DNA from: Lentisphaeria bacterium
GTDB taxonomy: Bacteria > Verrucomicrobiota > Lentisphaeria > Victivallales > UBA1829
Length of the DNA stretch: 64,000 nucleotides
Assembly (NCBI GenBank): GCA_017629515.1
Contig: JAGBXB010000054.1
Location: 60 to 64,059 of the forward strand
Direction: 5' to 3'
A program made the translations under genes and the position numbers. The notes below the pieces were generated by a model that did no database searches, was not told where the DNA came from, and saw only the letters and a list, made by a program, of their open reading frames with translations. Shown piece by piece: positions 19,575 to 28,879 of the stretch (its first letter is position 1; the number at the start of each line of letters is the position of its first letter).

Positions 19575-20654
19575 TCAATGTTTGTTAGATAAAATGGGTG
19601 AATGGATTAGGGATGTATCCTTGAAATAAATATAAAATTGCATAAATAAAAGTAAAAATAAGAATATGAAATTGGTGCGGTAACGGATTGCTGACCCTGG
19701 ATTAAATACGCCAAAGGGCGCATGAATAAACAGAATCCCTCCGACAGTAATAAACAACACCATAAGATATAAACAATATTTTTTACAATTAGTAAAACTC
19801 ATCAGTAAAAAAGGAGTCAGTAGTTTAATAGTTGCAAATAATATCAATAGACTTTCACACGCTGTTAAAAAATGTAAAGGAGAATTTTTCATTTCCGATA
19901 CGGTAGGTCCCCAGAAAGCAATGAACATACTGTATGGCAAATACCGGAAAAAATCACCTTCTTCTACAAATATGTTATCCCTTGTAGAATTGCCACCTGC
20001 AAAATGTTCATACATTTGCATAGCAAAATAATCAACCGTCTCCTGGATATAGTAAAGCAATACAAGTTGGCTGACAATGATAACGAAACCAATCATAAAT
20101 GTCATTGCATTATTCAATTTAAATTTATGATAGAGCCAAATTAAGAATAAGCCTTCAAATATAAAAGGCATATAGTGCTTTTTAAATATTAGTAAAATTA
20201 CAAAGGCAAGCATATCACGAAAAGACACCTTAAAATCGCCGACAAAAAAGTTTGCAAACAGCACTCCAATAACAGCACTTGCAAATAAGCCGAACACTTC
20301 CTTGCCCAAAACCGATGTCCAAATACAAAAGGAGGGGGTCGATAACAAAAGTAATAAAAAAAGATTATTTATTTTGTTTTTAAGTTGTAATTCCTCAACT
20401 GCCCATTTAATTATTAAAAACGAAAAAAGAAAAAAAGAAAAATTTTGTAACACAGGAAATTTGAATATACTGAACAGATAACCTATCGAATCTACTATTG
20501 ATGTCGAAACATCACCTGTCAATACAACACGAAACTTATTAGCAGCTAAATAACGAGCATTATCCCCAAGCTGAGTAATATCTCCTACAAAAAATAATGT
20601 AAATAAATAGTAGAAGCTTCTTATAAAAAAATAATAATACCAAAAATATTTCAA
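19575..20654 (-). CDS. Putative Wzy polysaccharide polymerase
   Basis: AT-rich polytopic membrane protein inside a GT/flippase cluster; KE and NPGSAIRYR motifs. Confidence 0.6.
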   Translation of the reverse strand: MKYFWYYYFFIRSFYYLFTLFFVGDITQLGDNARYLAANKFRVVLTGDVSTSIVDSIGYLFSIFKFPVLQNFSFFLFSFLIIKWAVEELQLKNKINNLFLLLLLSTPSFCIWTSVLGKEVFGLFASAVIGVLFANFFVGDFKVSFRDMLAFVILLIFKKHYMPFIFEGLFLIWLYHKFKLNNAMTFMIGFVIIVSQLVLLYYIQETVDYFAMQMYEHFAGGNSTRDNIFVEEGDFFRYLPYSMFIAFWGPTVSEMKNSPLHFLTACESLLILFATIKLLTPFLLMSFTNCKKYCLYLMVLFITVGGILFIHAPFGVFNPGSAIRYRTNFIFLFLLLFMQFYIYFKDTSLIHSPILSNKH

Positions 20655-20737
20655 TCAAGTCCCCTGTATAACATCATGTATGATAATATTAATGAAATTT
20701 TTTAAAAAAGAACGCTAACAAATATATTATTTTAATG

Positions 20738-21694
20738 TTAACCTATTCTTGCTTTCATTAAAAATAATATGAAGCATGTTATAGAGTAATTTATCATCCC
20801 TGCCAATAAGAAAAGCTTTTTACTTAATGGCATATGCGTCCGGACAAATATACAATTTAAAAACTTTCTTTTGTATTGAAGAAATTCATGCTTACTTACA
20901 ATTTCAGGATGCCTTAACATAACATATAAAATTATTTGTTCATATGCCATTAGACAGGATTTAGCACATTGCCCACAACTTACTTCCGTTTCTATAAGGT
21001 CACGAATTTTTAACAAATCCTGAACATGACTGTATTTCCAATTTTTAGAAATAGATGACACATTGACAAAGTAATGATAAAATGGAACAGAAATATGACA
21101 TAAGTTGTTAGATTTACATAAATGATAAAAATTGCGAATAAAATCCTCATTCATACAGACATTTTTATCTAATAGTGTTATTGAACGACAAATATTTCTC
21201 TTATATAACTTTGTCCAAAGCGATGCATATGCAAGATTTGAACACATACGAAACATAAAACTACTGGAAGTTGTACAAGTTTCTTGTTTTATAATCTTTT
21301 TAGATTTTATTGCATCAGCATAATAATCACAATACACCATATCAGCATCAGTTGAGACCGCTTTATTGTACATAATTTCATACATATTCAAATCGACCCA
21401 ATCATCTGAATCACAATGAATAATATAATCACCATTTGCATGAGCAAGCCCAGTTTCACGGGCAGCTAAAAGCCCCCTGTTTACTTTATGGTGAATTATT
21501 TTTGTCTGATTTCTTCTTTGGGGATATTCGGCTAATACTTGCTCCAAAATCTCAATACTTTTATCTTTTGTACAATCATTCACAAAGATAAATTCAATTC
21601 CCTCCTGCATTGTCTGTTCAAACAGACTTCTAGCGCACCGTTCAATATATTTTTCAACGCCGTAAACCGGAATACAGACAGATACTTTAGGCAT
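20738..21694 (-). CDS. GT2 family glycosyltransferase
   Basis: KVSVCIPVYGVEKYI, VNDCTKD, CDSDD. Confidence 0.92.
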   Translation of the reverse strand: MPKVSVCIPVYGVEKYIERCARSLFEQTMQEGIEFIFVNDCTKDKSIEILEQVLAEYPQRRNQTKIIHHKVNRGLLAARETGLAHANGDYIIHCDSDDWVDLNMYEIMYNKAVSTDADMVYCDYYADAIKSKKIIKQETCTTSSSFMFRMCSNLAYASLWTKLYKRNICRSITLLDKNVCMNEDFIRNFYHLCKSNNLCHISVPFYHYFVNVSSISKNWKYSHVQDLLKIRDLIETEVSCGQCAKSCLMAYEQIILYVMLRHPEIVSKHEFLQYKRKFLNCIFVRTHMPLSKKLFLLAGMINYSITCFILFLMKARIG

Positions 21695-21710
21695 ATAAAT
21701 CTCCCGACAA

Positions 21711-22802
21711 TCAAATTCCCTGCCCAATGATTTGGGCGATTTTTTTCCAATATTGTGTAAAAATTGCCGGATCGTACTTATACACCGCATCCAAACCAAT
21801 ATTGTCAAATGCTTCCATTGCCTCTTCAATTGTATTCACAAAATGAATATATGGTAATTTTTTCAACCACAAGGAATAAACGCCCTCAACCTTTTGAGAT
21901 GAATTATTTAATGCTATACATGGAGTACCTGTGATTGCAGAAAATATCATTCCGTGTAATCTGTCTGTAATTACAAGTCTTGCAGAAGAAAACTCTTTAA
22001 ACTTATTTTTCAAAACCACTTCACGACATTGCAAAGGAATATCCGTTTTATAGACCATATCTGTAAAAGATACATTATCATATTTTCCTTGCACATAAGA
22101 AGTTAATTTCAGGCGTTCTGCAGATTTTATAACTTTTTCTTTGTCAGAGCGCAGACAAAATAATATTTTCTCCCGTTTATATTGTTGTTCTGATTTATTA
22201 AGGTAAAGAACAATATCCGGAGTTCCAATGACAGTGAATTTTTTATTGCAATTAAATACTTTCTCCATAAAATCAATAGATTTATCTCGAATAAATACTG
22301 TTAAATCCGGATGCTGCTCATAAGTATCCATGTATCTATGAAGATGCCGAGTGTGACAATTGTCTTTTTCCCAATAAATTGTTTGTGGAAAAATTATCAC
22401 TCTTTGACTACAAAACTCTCGCAAAGCAACATGAACCATAACTTCACAAATCCAATAGAGCGTCCCAAGATTACCGCCTCCATGCAATAATACGACACAG
22501 TCGTCTTTGTATTGAGACAATTTTTTATAACTTGAATAAAATGAACGGATTGGCACTTCAATTATATCTATTCCTGGAAAATAATCCATTAAAAATTTCT
22601 TTTCTGCTGCGGCAATGGCATGATCTCCAATATTTGAGTGTTCCGGGATTCCAATGATTAAAAACTTCTTTTGACCTTTTGTCTCTGCAAGATACTTCAA
22701 AATTTTTTGATCGGCTGTTCCCATTTTGTAAAGGACTATTGACAGGTATTCATACAAAGCGTCCGGCAAAATCTTTTTTATCGTTTTTTTCAATAGTTTC
22801 AT
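21711..22802 (-). CDS. Polysaccharide pyruvyl transferase
   Basis: HSNIGDHAI, GGGNLG, FPQT, ITDRLHGMIF. Confidence 0.9.
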   Translation of the reverse strand: MKLLKKTIKKILPDALYEYLSIVLYKMGTADQKILKYLAETKGQKKFLIIGIPEHSNIGDHAIAAAEKKFLMDYFPGIDIIEVPIRSFYSSYKKLSQYKDDCVVLLHGGGNLGTLYWICEVMVHVALREFCSQRVIIFPQTIYWEKDNCHTRHLHRYMDTYEQHPDLTVFIRDKSIDFMEKVFNCNKKFTVIGTPDIVLYLNKSEQQYKREKILFCLRSDKEKVIKSAERLKLTSYVQGKYDNVSFTDMVYKTDIPLQCREVVLKNKFKEFSSARLVITDRLHGMIFSAITGTPCIALNNSSQKVEGVYSLWLKKLPYIHFVNTIEEAMEAFDNIGLDAVYKYDPAIFTQYWKKIAQIIGQGI

Positions 22803-24337
22803 GCTTTCAATTTCCTTTTTATGTACATTGAGAGTTGCAATCTTTCAGATGCAGAAAGTCCAAACAGCACAGTTATAATTAGATTTATCAACGAAATCAA
22901 TACCAAATAAAGTATGATTGTATTCCATTTACCACTAACAAAAACTTGGGTAAGGATTCCACAAACAGCACTTATTCCTCCAACAATAGTTATCGGGATT
23001 ATAGCATTAAAAAAATAACTGATAACAGGGAAGTTTGCAACACGACACAGGTATATCAAGCGATAAAGCCACGCAAGGAAATTTATAACCGTATTAACCA
23101 AAGCAACAAAGTATGCAGGAACACCCATTTGCAGACAAATCAAAGAAAATAAGCATGTTGAACAAAGCAGTATGGACAATTCTATTTGATACCGGAGAAT
23201 ATTGCCAGTAGCCTGCACTGCTACCCACAGCGGTGCACTTATTGCATCAATTATAACACAAATGACCATAAACTGTGTAAAAATCACTACGCTGTCCGGC
23301 AAATTGTTCCCCAGCCAAAGTTTCAACAAAAACTCAGTTTGCAGTAAAAGTGGAAGTGCCACCAGCCACACTAAAAAAAACGAGTATTTAGAACAACTTT
23401 GCAACAAATCAAAAAATGCTTTGCGATCCGGATCATGAAAGGATTTCAATATTTGAGGGTTAAACGCTTGCTGAAAACTTATATAGAACTGGGTTATTGC
23501 TCCTCCAACTTGTGTAGCAATTCCCCATGTTGCATTAAGAATAACTCCACAAAATACATTCAAAAGCAGATTAAGTCCCTGTTGTCTGGATATGTTGGCA
23601 AGTGCACCAAAAAGGCTCCAGGAGAAAAATGAAGACATCTCTTTCAGATATTTTTTATCACAATGCAAGCCGATACGGCAGATAGAATATTTTTTCCAGC
23701 AATACAAGACATAAAAAAGGAGAATTATGAAATTGCTCAATGTATAAAATCCGGCGAAAAAAATGAGACGGTTTTCAGAGATCAAAAGTAATACTGCAAC
23801 AGACGCAAAATGCAAACAAACATCCAATATACTGATTTTAGCATAGGTTTGCATATTTTCATACGATGTTATTACTGCGATATAAGGGATCTGCAAAACC
23901 TTGAAAATAATCATAAAAATACTGAATTGATATACATTCAATGCCAAATTCATTTTGCAGCACGGGATATTCAGTTTGTTTTTCAAAAACCACAAACCTA
24001 TGGTTTCGGCAAACAGCACAACTAATGCAGATAGAACAATAAACAAGACAAGACTGGCAGAAAATACCCTGCGTATATTTTCTTCATTGTCTTTCCCCAG
24101 TTCACAACATAAAAAACGCTGAACAGTAGATTGCATTGCTCCACTGAAAAAACTGAATGCTGTAACTAAACCGAAAATTACATTGTAAAGCCCGTAATCT
24201 TCAATCCCCAAACTGGCAATCAACAATCTTACCGTGTAAAAGCCCAACAGCAATGCAAACAACATGCGTATATACAGTACCACCGTATTTTTGGTCATGC
24301 GTTTTTTATCAATATTATTTGAAGATGCGTTCATCAA
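22799..24337 (-). CDS. Wzx-type flippase (MOP superfamily)
   Basis: KNTVVLYIRM, LGIEDYGLYNV, AFNPQI.KS; about 14 TM segments. Confidence 0.85.
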   Translation of the reverse strand: MMNASSNNIDKKRMTKNTVVLYIRMLFALLLGFYTVRLLIASLGIEDYGLYNVIFGLVTAFSFFSGAMQSTVQRFLCCELGKDNEENIRRVFSASLVLFIVLSALVVLFAETIGLWFLKNKLNIPCCKMNLALNVYQFSIFMIIFKVLQIPYIAVITSYENMQTYAKISILDVCLHFASVAVLLLISENRLIFFAGFYTLSNFIILLFYVLYCWKKYSICRIGLHCDKKYLKEMSSFFSWSLFGALANISRQQGLNLLLNVFCGVILNATWGIATQVGGAITQFYISFQQAFNPQILKSFHDPDRKAFFDLLQSCSKYSFFLVWLVALPLLLQTEFLLKLWLGNNLPDSVVIFTQFMVICVIIDAISAPLWVAVQATGNILRYQIELSILLCSTCLFSLICLQMGVPAYFVALVNTVINFLAWLYRLIYLCRVANFPVISYFFNAIIPITIVGGISAVCGILTQVFVSGKWNTIILYLVLISLINLIITVLFGLSASERLQLSMYIKRKLKA

Positions 24338-24645
24338 ATTCTTTTTTGATAAGTATTATCCGGGATGTTCAATATTCAGGGTACAAGGAAAGATTGATCA
24401 TACAGTTTCTGTAATCCTGTTTCATCCTGAAATCTTTCCACAGCGCAGCACCGTAACGGGATTTAAAATTTCGTTACGGGAGGCAATAAAACACTTTTGT
24501 TTATTAATATAGAGGTAATAAGATAAATGTCAAGTTTATTTATTTTTTTTTTGATGGAAATGCTGTTTTTTCCGGGATGAAAGTAAAACGGGAACTTACT
24601 TTATAATAAGTTGGATACAGAAAATTTCATTGTATTCAAAAAGTA

Positions 24646-24682
24646 AAGGAATGAGTCCACTTGAATAGTAAACTCATTCCTT
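24646..24682 (-). terminator. Hairpin downstream of the QueG-like operon
   Basis: AAGGAATGAGT...ACTCATTCCTT. Confidence 0.5.
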
Positions 24683-24735
24683 CCAATTTAAACATTCTTT
24701 TCCCGGAATACCCGAAAAGACAACGGATATTTTTC

Positions 24736-25668
24736 TTAATCCAAAGGTAATTTCCAAACGGGCCTTTTCCGGAATAAAGTTTTGAATTTGCGTTTCAATA
24801 CCCCTTTTTCTTCCAGATGCACATAACAGGCTGTATCACATGCCCTTCCGCACATGGAAGAAACATAGCCATGCTTCATGGGAGGATAGAAATTGATCTG
24901 ATCAATGATCTCTCTTGCCCGTTCCGGGGAGAGATCCGCTTCGCCTGCAATAACTTTCAAGCGTTCAGGATCATTGAAAAAGGCATTAGGCGGCATAAAG
25001 GGATTTTTACTGCGGTTTGCCCCTTTGTAATAAGCAGAACACTGCCAGGAATCCCGTTTCCCATCCTCATAACGCAATGCATGTCCGGGGCAGGCTTTGA
25101 CGCACTCTCTGCAATCATCGCAAAGATGGGGAGTTACAAGGGGATCCGGGGGCAATTCTGCGTCGGTAATAATAAATCCCCAACGCTGGGAAGGACCGAA
25201 ATCATCGGTCAGGACAGAACCGGAAAAACCTATTTCCCCCAATCCGCAATCTACGGCACACGTTTCAAAATCCAATATGGTTTCCGCTTTTTTCCCACGG
25301 AAGACTTCATGGTGATCCACTTCAAAATTATTTTCCTCTTCTTCATTCATCACAAGTTGGAATCTCCTCTGGGGCAGTGCTTCAAAACCGGCTTCTTCCA
25401 GAACGGAACAACCGGCAAGCAATGCACCGGGGATCATGATCTCTTCCAATGTCTCAACGGATGTGGAGTACTGATAATATACCGTCCCTTCCTCGATCCC
25501 TCTGCGGGTTCCCCGCAACTGACGGTAGGCTATACAGATCACGCTTTTTGCTTCCGGCATCAATTTAATGATTGCCGGATCCCGCATACGGCTGATATTT
25601 CCGCAGCAGACGATATCTGCACGGCATTTTCTCAATGCCGCGAACAATTTTTCTTTCAGTTCTGTCAT
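24736..25668 (-). CDS. QueG/reductive dehalogenase-fold 2x[4Fe-4S] protein, paralog C
   Basis: AVDCGLGEIG...FGPSQRWGFIITDAEL; CDDCRECVKACP; WQC; CGRACDTAC. Confidence 0.8.
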   Translation of the reverse strand: MTELKEKLFAALRKCRADIVCCGNISRMRDPAIIKLMPEAKSVICIAYRQLRGTRRGIEEGTVYYQYSTSVETLEEIMIPGALLAGCSVLEEAGFEALPQRRFQLVMNEEEENNFEVDHHEVFRGKKAETILDFETCAVDCGLGEIGFSGSVLTDDFGPSQRWGFIITDAELPPDPLVTPHLCDDCRECVKACPGHALRYEDGKRDSWQCSAYYKGANRSKNPFMPPNAFFNDPERLKVIAGEADLSPERAREIIDQINFYPPMKHGYVSSMCGRACDTACYVHLEEKGVLKRKFKTLFRKRPVWKLPLD

Positions 25669-26570
25669 AATACACCTTTTTCTTTCAAGTGGCGGTAACA
25701 TGCCATATCACAGGCTTTCCCGCAGATACAGGGGATATATCCGGTTGTTTTACTGGGCAGGAAATTGATCTTTTTATAGATCTCTCTTGCGGATTGCCTG
25801 TCAAAGCGTTTATTACCGGAAAGGATGGCTTCTTTCTCCGGATCATCCATTAGGAAATCTTTCTCCATAAAGGGATTTGTTCCATGCGCCCCCCGGTAAT
25901 AAACGGCGCACTGCCAACTGTCCACGCCGTCATCGTCAATGGCTTTCCCGGGACAGACTTCTTTGCATTTTCCGCAATGATCGCACAAACTTTCCGGAAA
26001 AGGAGCATCACATTCCAGCGGCGCATCTGTCACAATGAAAGCCATACGCAGGAAAGGCCCCACCCCCGGCGCAATAAGATGACCGGAATCCCCCACTGCG
26101 CCCAATCCGCAGACTTTTGCGGCAAAGTTGAAGTCCATAATGATTTCCGGAGCGGGTTTATTTGGAGAAACGGCTTCGGCGTGGGCAAGTTCGTAAGTAT
26201 CCACTACTTCCGGATTGGTGGAGTGATCTCCTTTGATACGCAAGTTGGAAATATTTCTCTGCAAACAGGCGTCATAGCCTGCATTTTCGATCATGGAACC
26301 GATTTTAAAAAGAAAGATCTCTGCAAGATCCTCATCAATATATTTCACCCCCAGCTGGGTATATTGCATAAATTGTTTTCCCTCTTCCATCGTGCGGTAC
26401 AATGCACGGGGAACGCGGAAAAGGAATCCGATGACACATTTGGCATTGGGCAGGATCATTTTCGGATCCCGCCGGGGGTCAACGCCTTTGAAAAGTTCCA
26501 CATCCCCGATCCCTGTGGCGACTGCCCCCAGTTCTCTGGCTTTCTCTTTAATGATTTGAGCATTGAGCAT
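25665..26570 (-). CDS. QueG/reductive dehalogenase-fold 2x[4Fe-4S] protein, paralog B
   Basis: AAKVCGLGAVG...GPFLRMAFIVTDAPL; CDHCGKCKEVCP; WQC; CGKACDMAC. Confidence 0.8.
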   Translation of the reverse strand: MLNAQIIKEKARELGAVATGIGDVELFKGVDPRRDPKMILPNAKCVIGFLFRVPRALYRTMEEGKQFMQYTQLGVKYIDEDLAEIFLFKIGSMIENAGYDACLQRNISNLRIKGDHSTNPEVVDTYELAHAEAVSPNKPAPEIIMDFNFAAKVCGLGAVGDSGHLIAPGVGPFLRMAFIVTDAPLECDAPFPESLCDHCGKCKEVCPGKAIDDDGVDSWQCAVYYRGAHGTNPFMEKDFLMDDPEKEAILSGNKRFDRQSAREIYKKINFLPSKTTGYIPCICGKACDMACYRHLKEKGVL

Positions 26571-26583
26571 ATTTCATCCTTTC

Positions 26584-27651
26584 TCAACGGTCCATGACCC
26601 AGGGTTTACCTTTTCGCAAAGGCTCTTTGAATTTTCCCTCCATACAGCCGCCTTTCTTTTCCAGCATACTTACACATGCCCGGATACAGCCGCCGCATTT
26701 CGCCATATTATATCCCACCCATGTAGGGAAATATTTTTCCAGTGCCCGGTAAACTTTCAGGATCTCTTTTTCATTGGCAGTTGCTTTCCCTTCCAACAGA
26801 TCCAGATCACCGTTTTCGTTTTTATCCCACACTTCTTTCGGGACAAAGGGATTGAATTTTCTGCCCCCATGAGTATAGAAAGCATAACACTTCCATTCGT
26901 CGAGTTTTCCCCATTCACAGATCTTGCCGCCTACATTCACCCTGATACTTTCTGTTTTGCTCAAACAATTGCCGGGGCACTCCCGGACACAAGCCATACA
27001 ACGGCGGCAGAGGGGTTCTCCGTCATAAAGGGGGTCGGCAGTCAATTCCGCATCGGTAAAGATGAACGCAACGCGCTGCATGGGGCCGAAATCTTTTGTA
27101 AGGAACATTTTACTCCAACCGATCTCCCCCAGTCCGCATGCCACAGCGGCAAGCCGGAACTGGAATTGAAGATCCGGGGGGATCTGACCGGGACGGGCGG
27201 CACGGGTAAACTGGACAGAACGGTGGTGATTGGTTTTGCGTTTTGCCTGATTCATCACTTCGATCTGTTCTTCCGGAGAAAGAGTATTCCCCGGAGAGCC
27301 ATCCATATCGGAAACGCAGCCCCGTGCGCCGGTATTGCGGTAGATGAATGCTTCGTACCCGTTATCTTCGATCATCTGGCCCACCTGATACAATACTGCC
27401 GGGGCAAAGATCTCATTGATCCCTCCGTATGCCATGGAGGGGTACTGGTAGAATTGTGTTCCCTCCTCGATTCCCCGCTGTACTCCTCTGGGAATGCGGA
27501 AGACCATACCGATCACACTTTTTGCTTCAGGAAAGATATACCGGGGATCCATCTCTTTCGGAGCCCCTTCAAATCTGTCCATACTGCCGATACCGCACAT
27601 ATCGGCTCCGGCGGCAAGAGCGGCCTCTTTCACCATTTCATTTGTCAGCAT
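26584..27651 (-). CDS. QueG/reductive dehalogenase-fold 2x[4Fe-4S] protein, paralog A
   Basis: GADMCGIG, PEAKSVI, AAVACGLGEIG...FGPMQRVAFIFTDAEL; CRRCMACVRECP; WKC; CGGCIRAC. Confidence 0.8.
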   Translation of the reverse strand: MLTNEMVKEAALAAGADMCGIGSMDRFEGAPKEMDPRYIFPEAKSVIGMVFRIPRGVQRGIEEGTQFYQYPSMAYGGINEIFAPAVLYQVGQMIEDNGYEAFIYRNTGARGCVSDMDGSPGNTLSPEEQIEVMNQAKRKTNHHRSVQFTRAARPGQIPPDLQFQFRLAAVACGLGEIGWSKMFLTKDFGPMQRVAFIFTDAELTADPLYDGEPLCRRCMACVRECPGNCLSKTESIRVNVGGKICEWGKLDEWKCYAFYTHGGRKFNPFVPKEVWDKNENGDLDLLEGKATANEKEILKVYRALEKYFPTWVGYNMAKCGGCIRACVSMLEKKGGCMEGKFKEPLRKGKPWVMDR

Positions 27652-27741
27652 TTTTTCTCCTTTATTGAAGCGTTTCAAAAGTTCTCAAAAAAAGGCAAAC
27701 GCAGCCCTTTGATTTTTTGAATGACTTCTGAAATCACCTCT

Positions 27742-28761
27742 TTATACACCTTTATCCATACTTATTATGTCATTCAATTTCACCATCGCATTTTCCAATA
27801 CAGAAACACAATAGGAACAATTTTCACATTTTTTATCACATGCCAGGCGTTTTGCAAGGTAATCAGCCGGGATCTTTCTATTGTCAAGGATTGCGGAAGG
27901 GAATTTTTCCGAATGAGCGGGTTCCGTAAGATCCAGAAGATTGCCATGCCATTTGCCGTTGAAATAGGCAGTGACTACGGCAAGTGGATTGTAATTTGTC
28001 CTTGTGGCAAGTTTCATTCCGTCACAAAGTTCTTCATAGGCCGATACATCCTCCGGCCGGATGAAATTACTTTTCCCCAGCAGTTTTTTGCGTTTTTCTT
28101 CATCATCCAGATAGAGAGAACACAGTCCCTGAAAAAGAAAGGCATTGTCCATTTCCGCGATCTGATGCTGATGGGCAACAAGATTATCATGAAAAGTCCT
28201 CGCGGAACAATAATTGAGGCAGCCGCTGTTGGCTAATAAATACATTTTTTTGCCCTTGTTTCTACTGAACTGCCTCATACGCGATAAAACATTTCTGTCA
28301 TAATTATATTCCCTTTTCAGATAGAAACTGTGGAAATATTCTTCCAGATATTCTATTGCCTCCACTGTTCCAAGTTCCATATTGACGGAAGCACGCACTT
28401 CAAGAAAAGGGAAATTACTGCAAATAAACTTTGCAATAACAGGCGATGCTGTTGTAACGGAAGAAAGAGTGTAGGTGGAATGGATGAGATCGATACTGTC
28501 TCCAAGTTTCCGGAAAAAACTTCTGCCGAGAGCATTTCTCCCGTAACAGTTCCCATTTAAAAGCAAACAAAGTTTCACTCCTTTTTCAGAAAAAATTTTC
28601 AAATCTTCTTCCATGATTTTCTGTTCATCATACCCCTGAACGACTCCCCTTCCTGTGGTAAAATCCCCCCAGGGGAAATATAATTCCTGAATCTTTTCAG
28701 AGTGCTGCACAATGTATTGGATAAAACGCCTGTCGCTCTGGTATCCCACTTGAAATTTCAT
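27742..28761 (-). CDS. U32 family (peptidase-like, Fe-S) protein
   Basis: TIM-barrel pattern with LLNGNC, LANSGCLNYC...HDN, FIRPED, KLATR and a C-terminal CDKKCENCSYC. Confidence 0.7.
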   Translation of the reverse strand: MKFQVGYQSDRRFIQYIVQHSEKIQELYFPWGDFTTGRGVVQGYDEQKIMEEDLKIFSEKGVKLCLLLNGNCYGRNALGRSFFRKLGDSIDLIHSTYTLSSVTTASPVIAKFICSNFPFLEVRASVNMELGTVEAIEYLEEYFHSFYLKREYNYDRNVLSRMRQFSRNKGKKMYLLANSGCLNYCSARTFHDNLVAHQHQIAEMDNAFLFQGLCSLYLDDEEKRKKLLGKSNFIRPEDVSAYEELCDGMKLATRTNYNPLAVVTAYFNGKWHGNLLDLTEPAHSEKFPSAILDNRKIPADYLAKRLACDKKCENCSYCVSVLENAMVKLNDIISMDKGV

Positions 28762-28832
28762 AAGAAGAACTGTCCTTTTTTATTAACTGTCTCCGTAATA
28801 CATTTAATAATATAATTCCCCGCAATAAAAAA

Positions 28833-28873
28833 TCAAGTGTTTACTTGAAAAAAGACGGGAAAGATGCTATATT
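28833..28873. promoter_or_regulatory. Divergent promoter/operator region
   Basis: Palindrome TCAAGT-GTTT-ACTTGA overlaps TTGAAA-N17-TATATT immediately upstream of the LacI start. Confidence 0.45.
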
Positions 28874-28879
28874 TCCCGT

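Noticed and set aside
24736-27651. Calling these genes queG or respiratory rdhA
   Set aside because: Three copies, no DYH motif, no Tat signal and no rdhB anchor gene.
26563-28236. + strand ORFs over the QueG-like/U32 operon
   Set aside because: Shadows; the - strand carries the Cys motifs.
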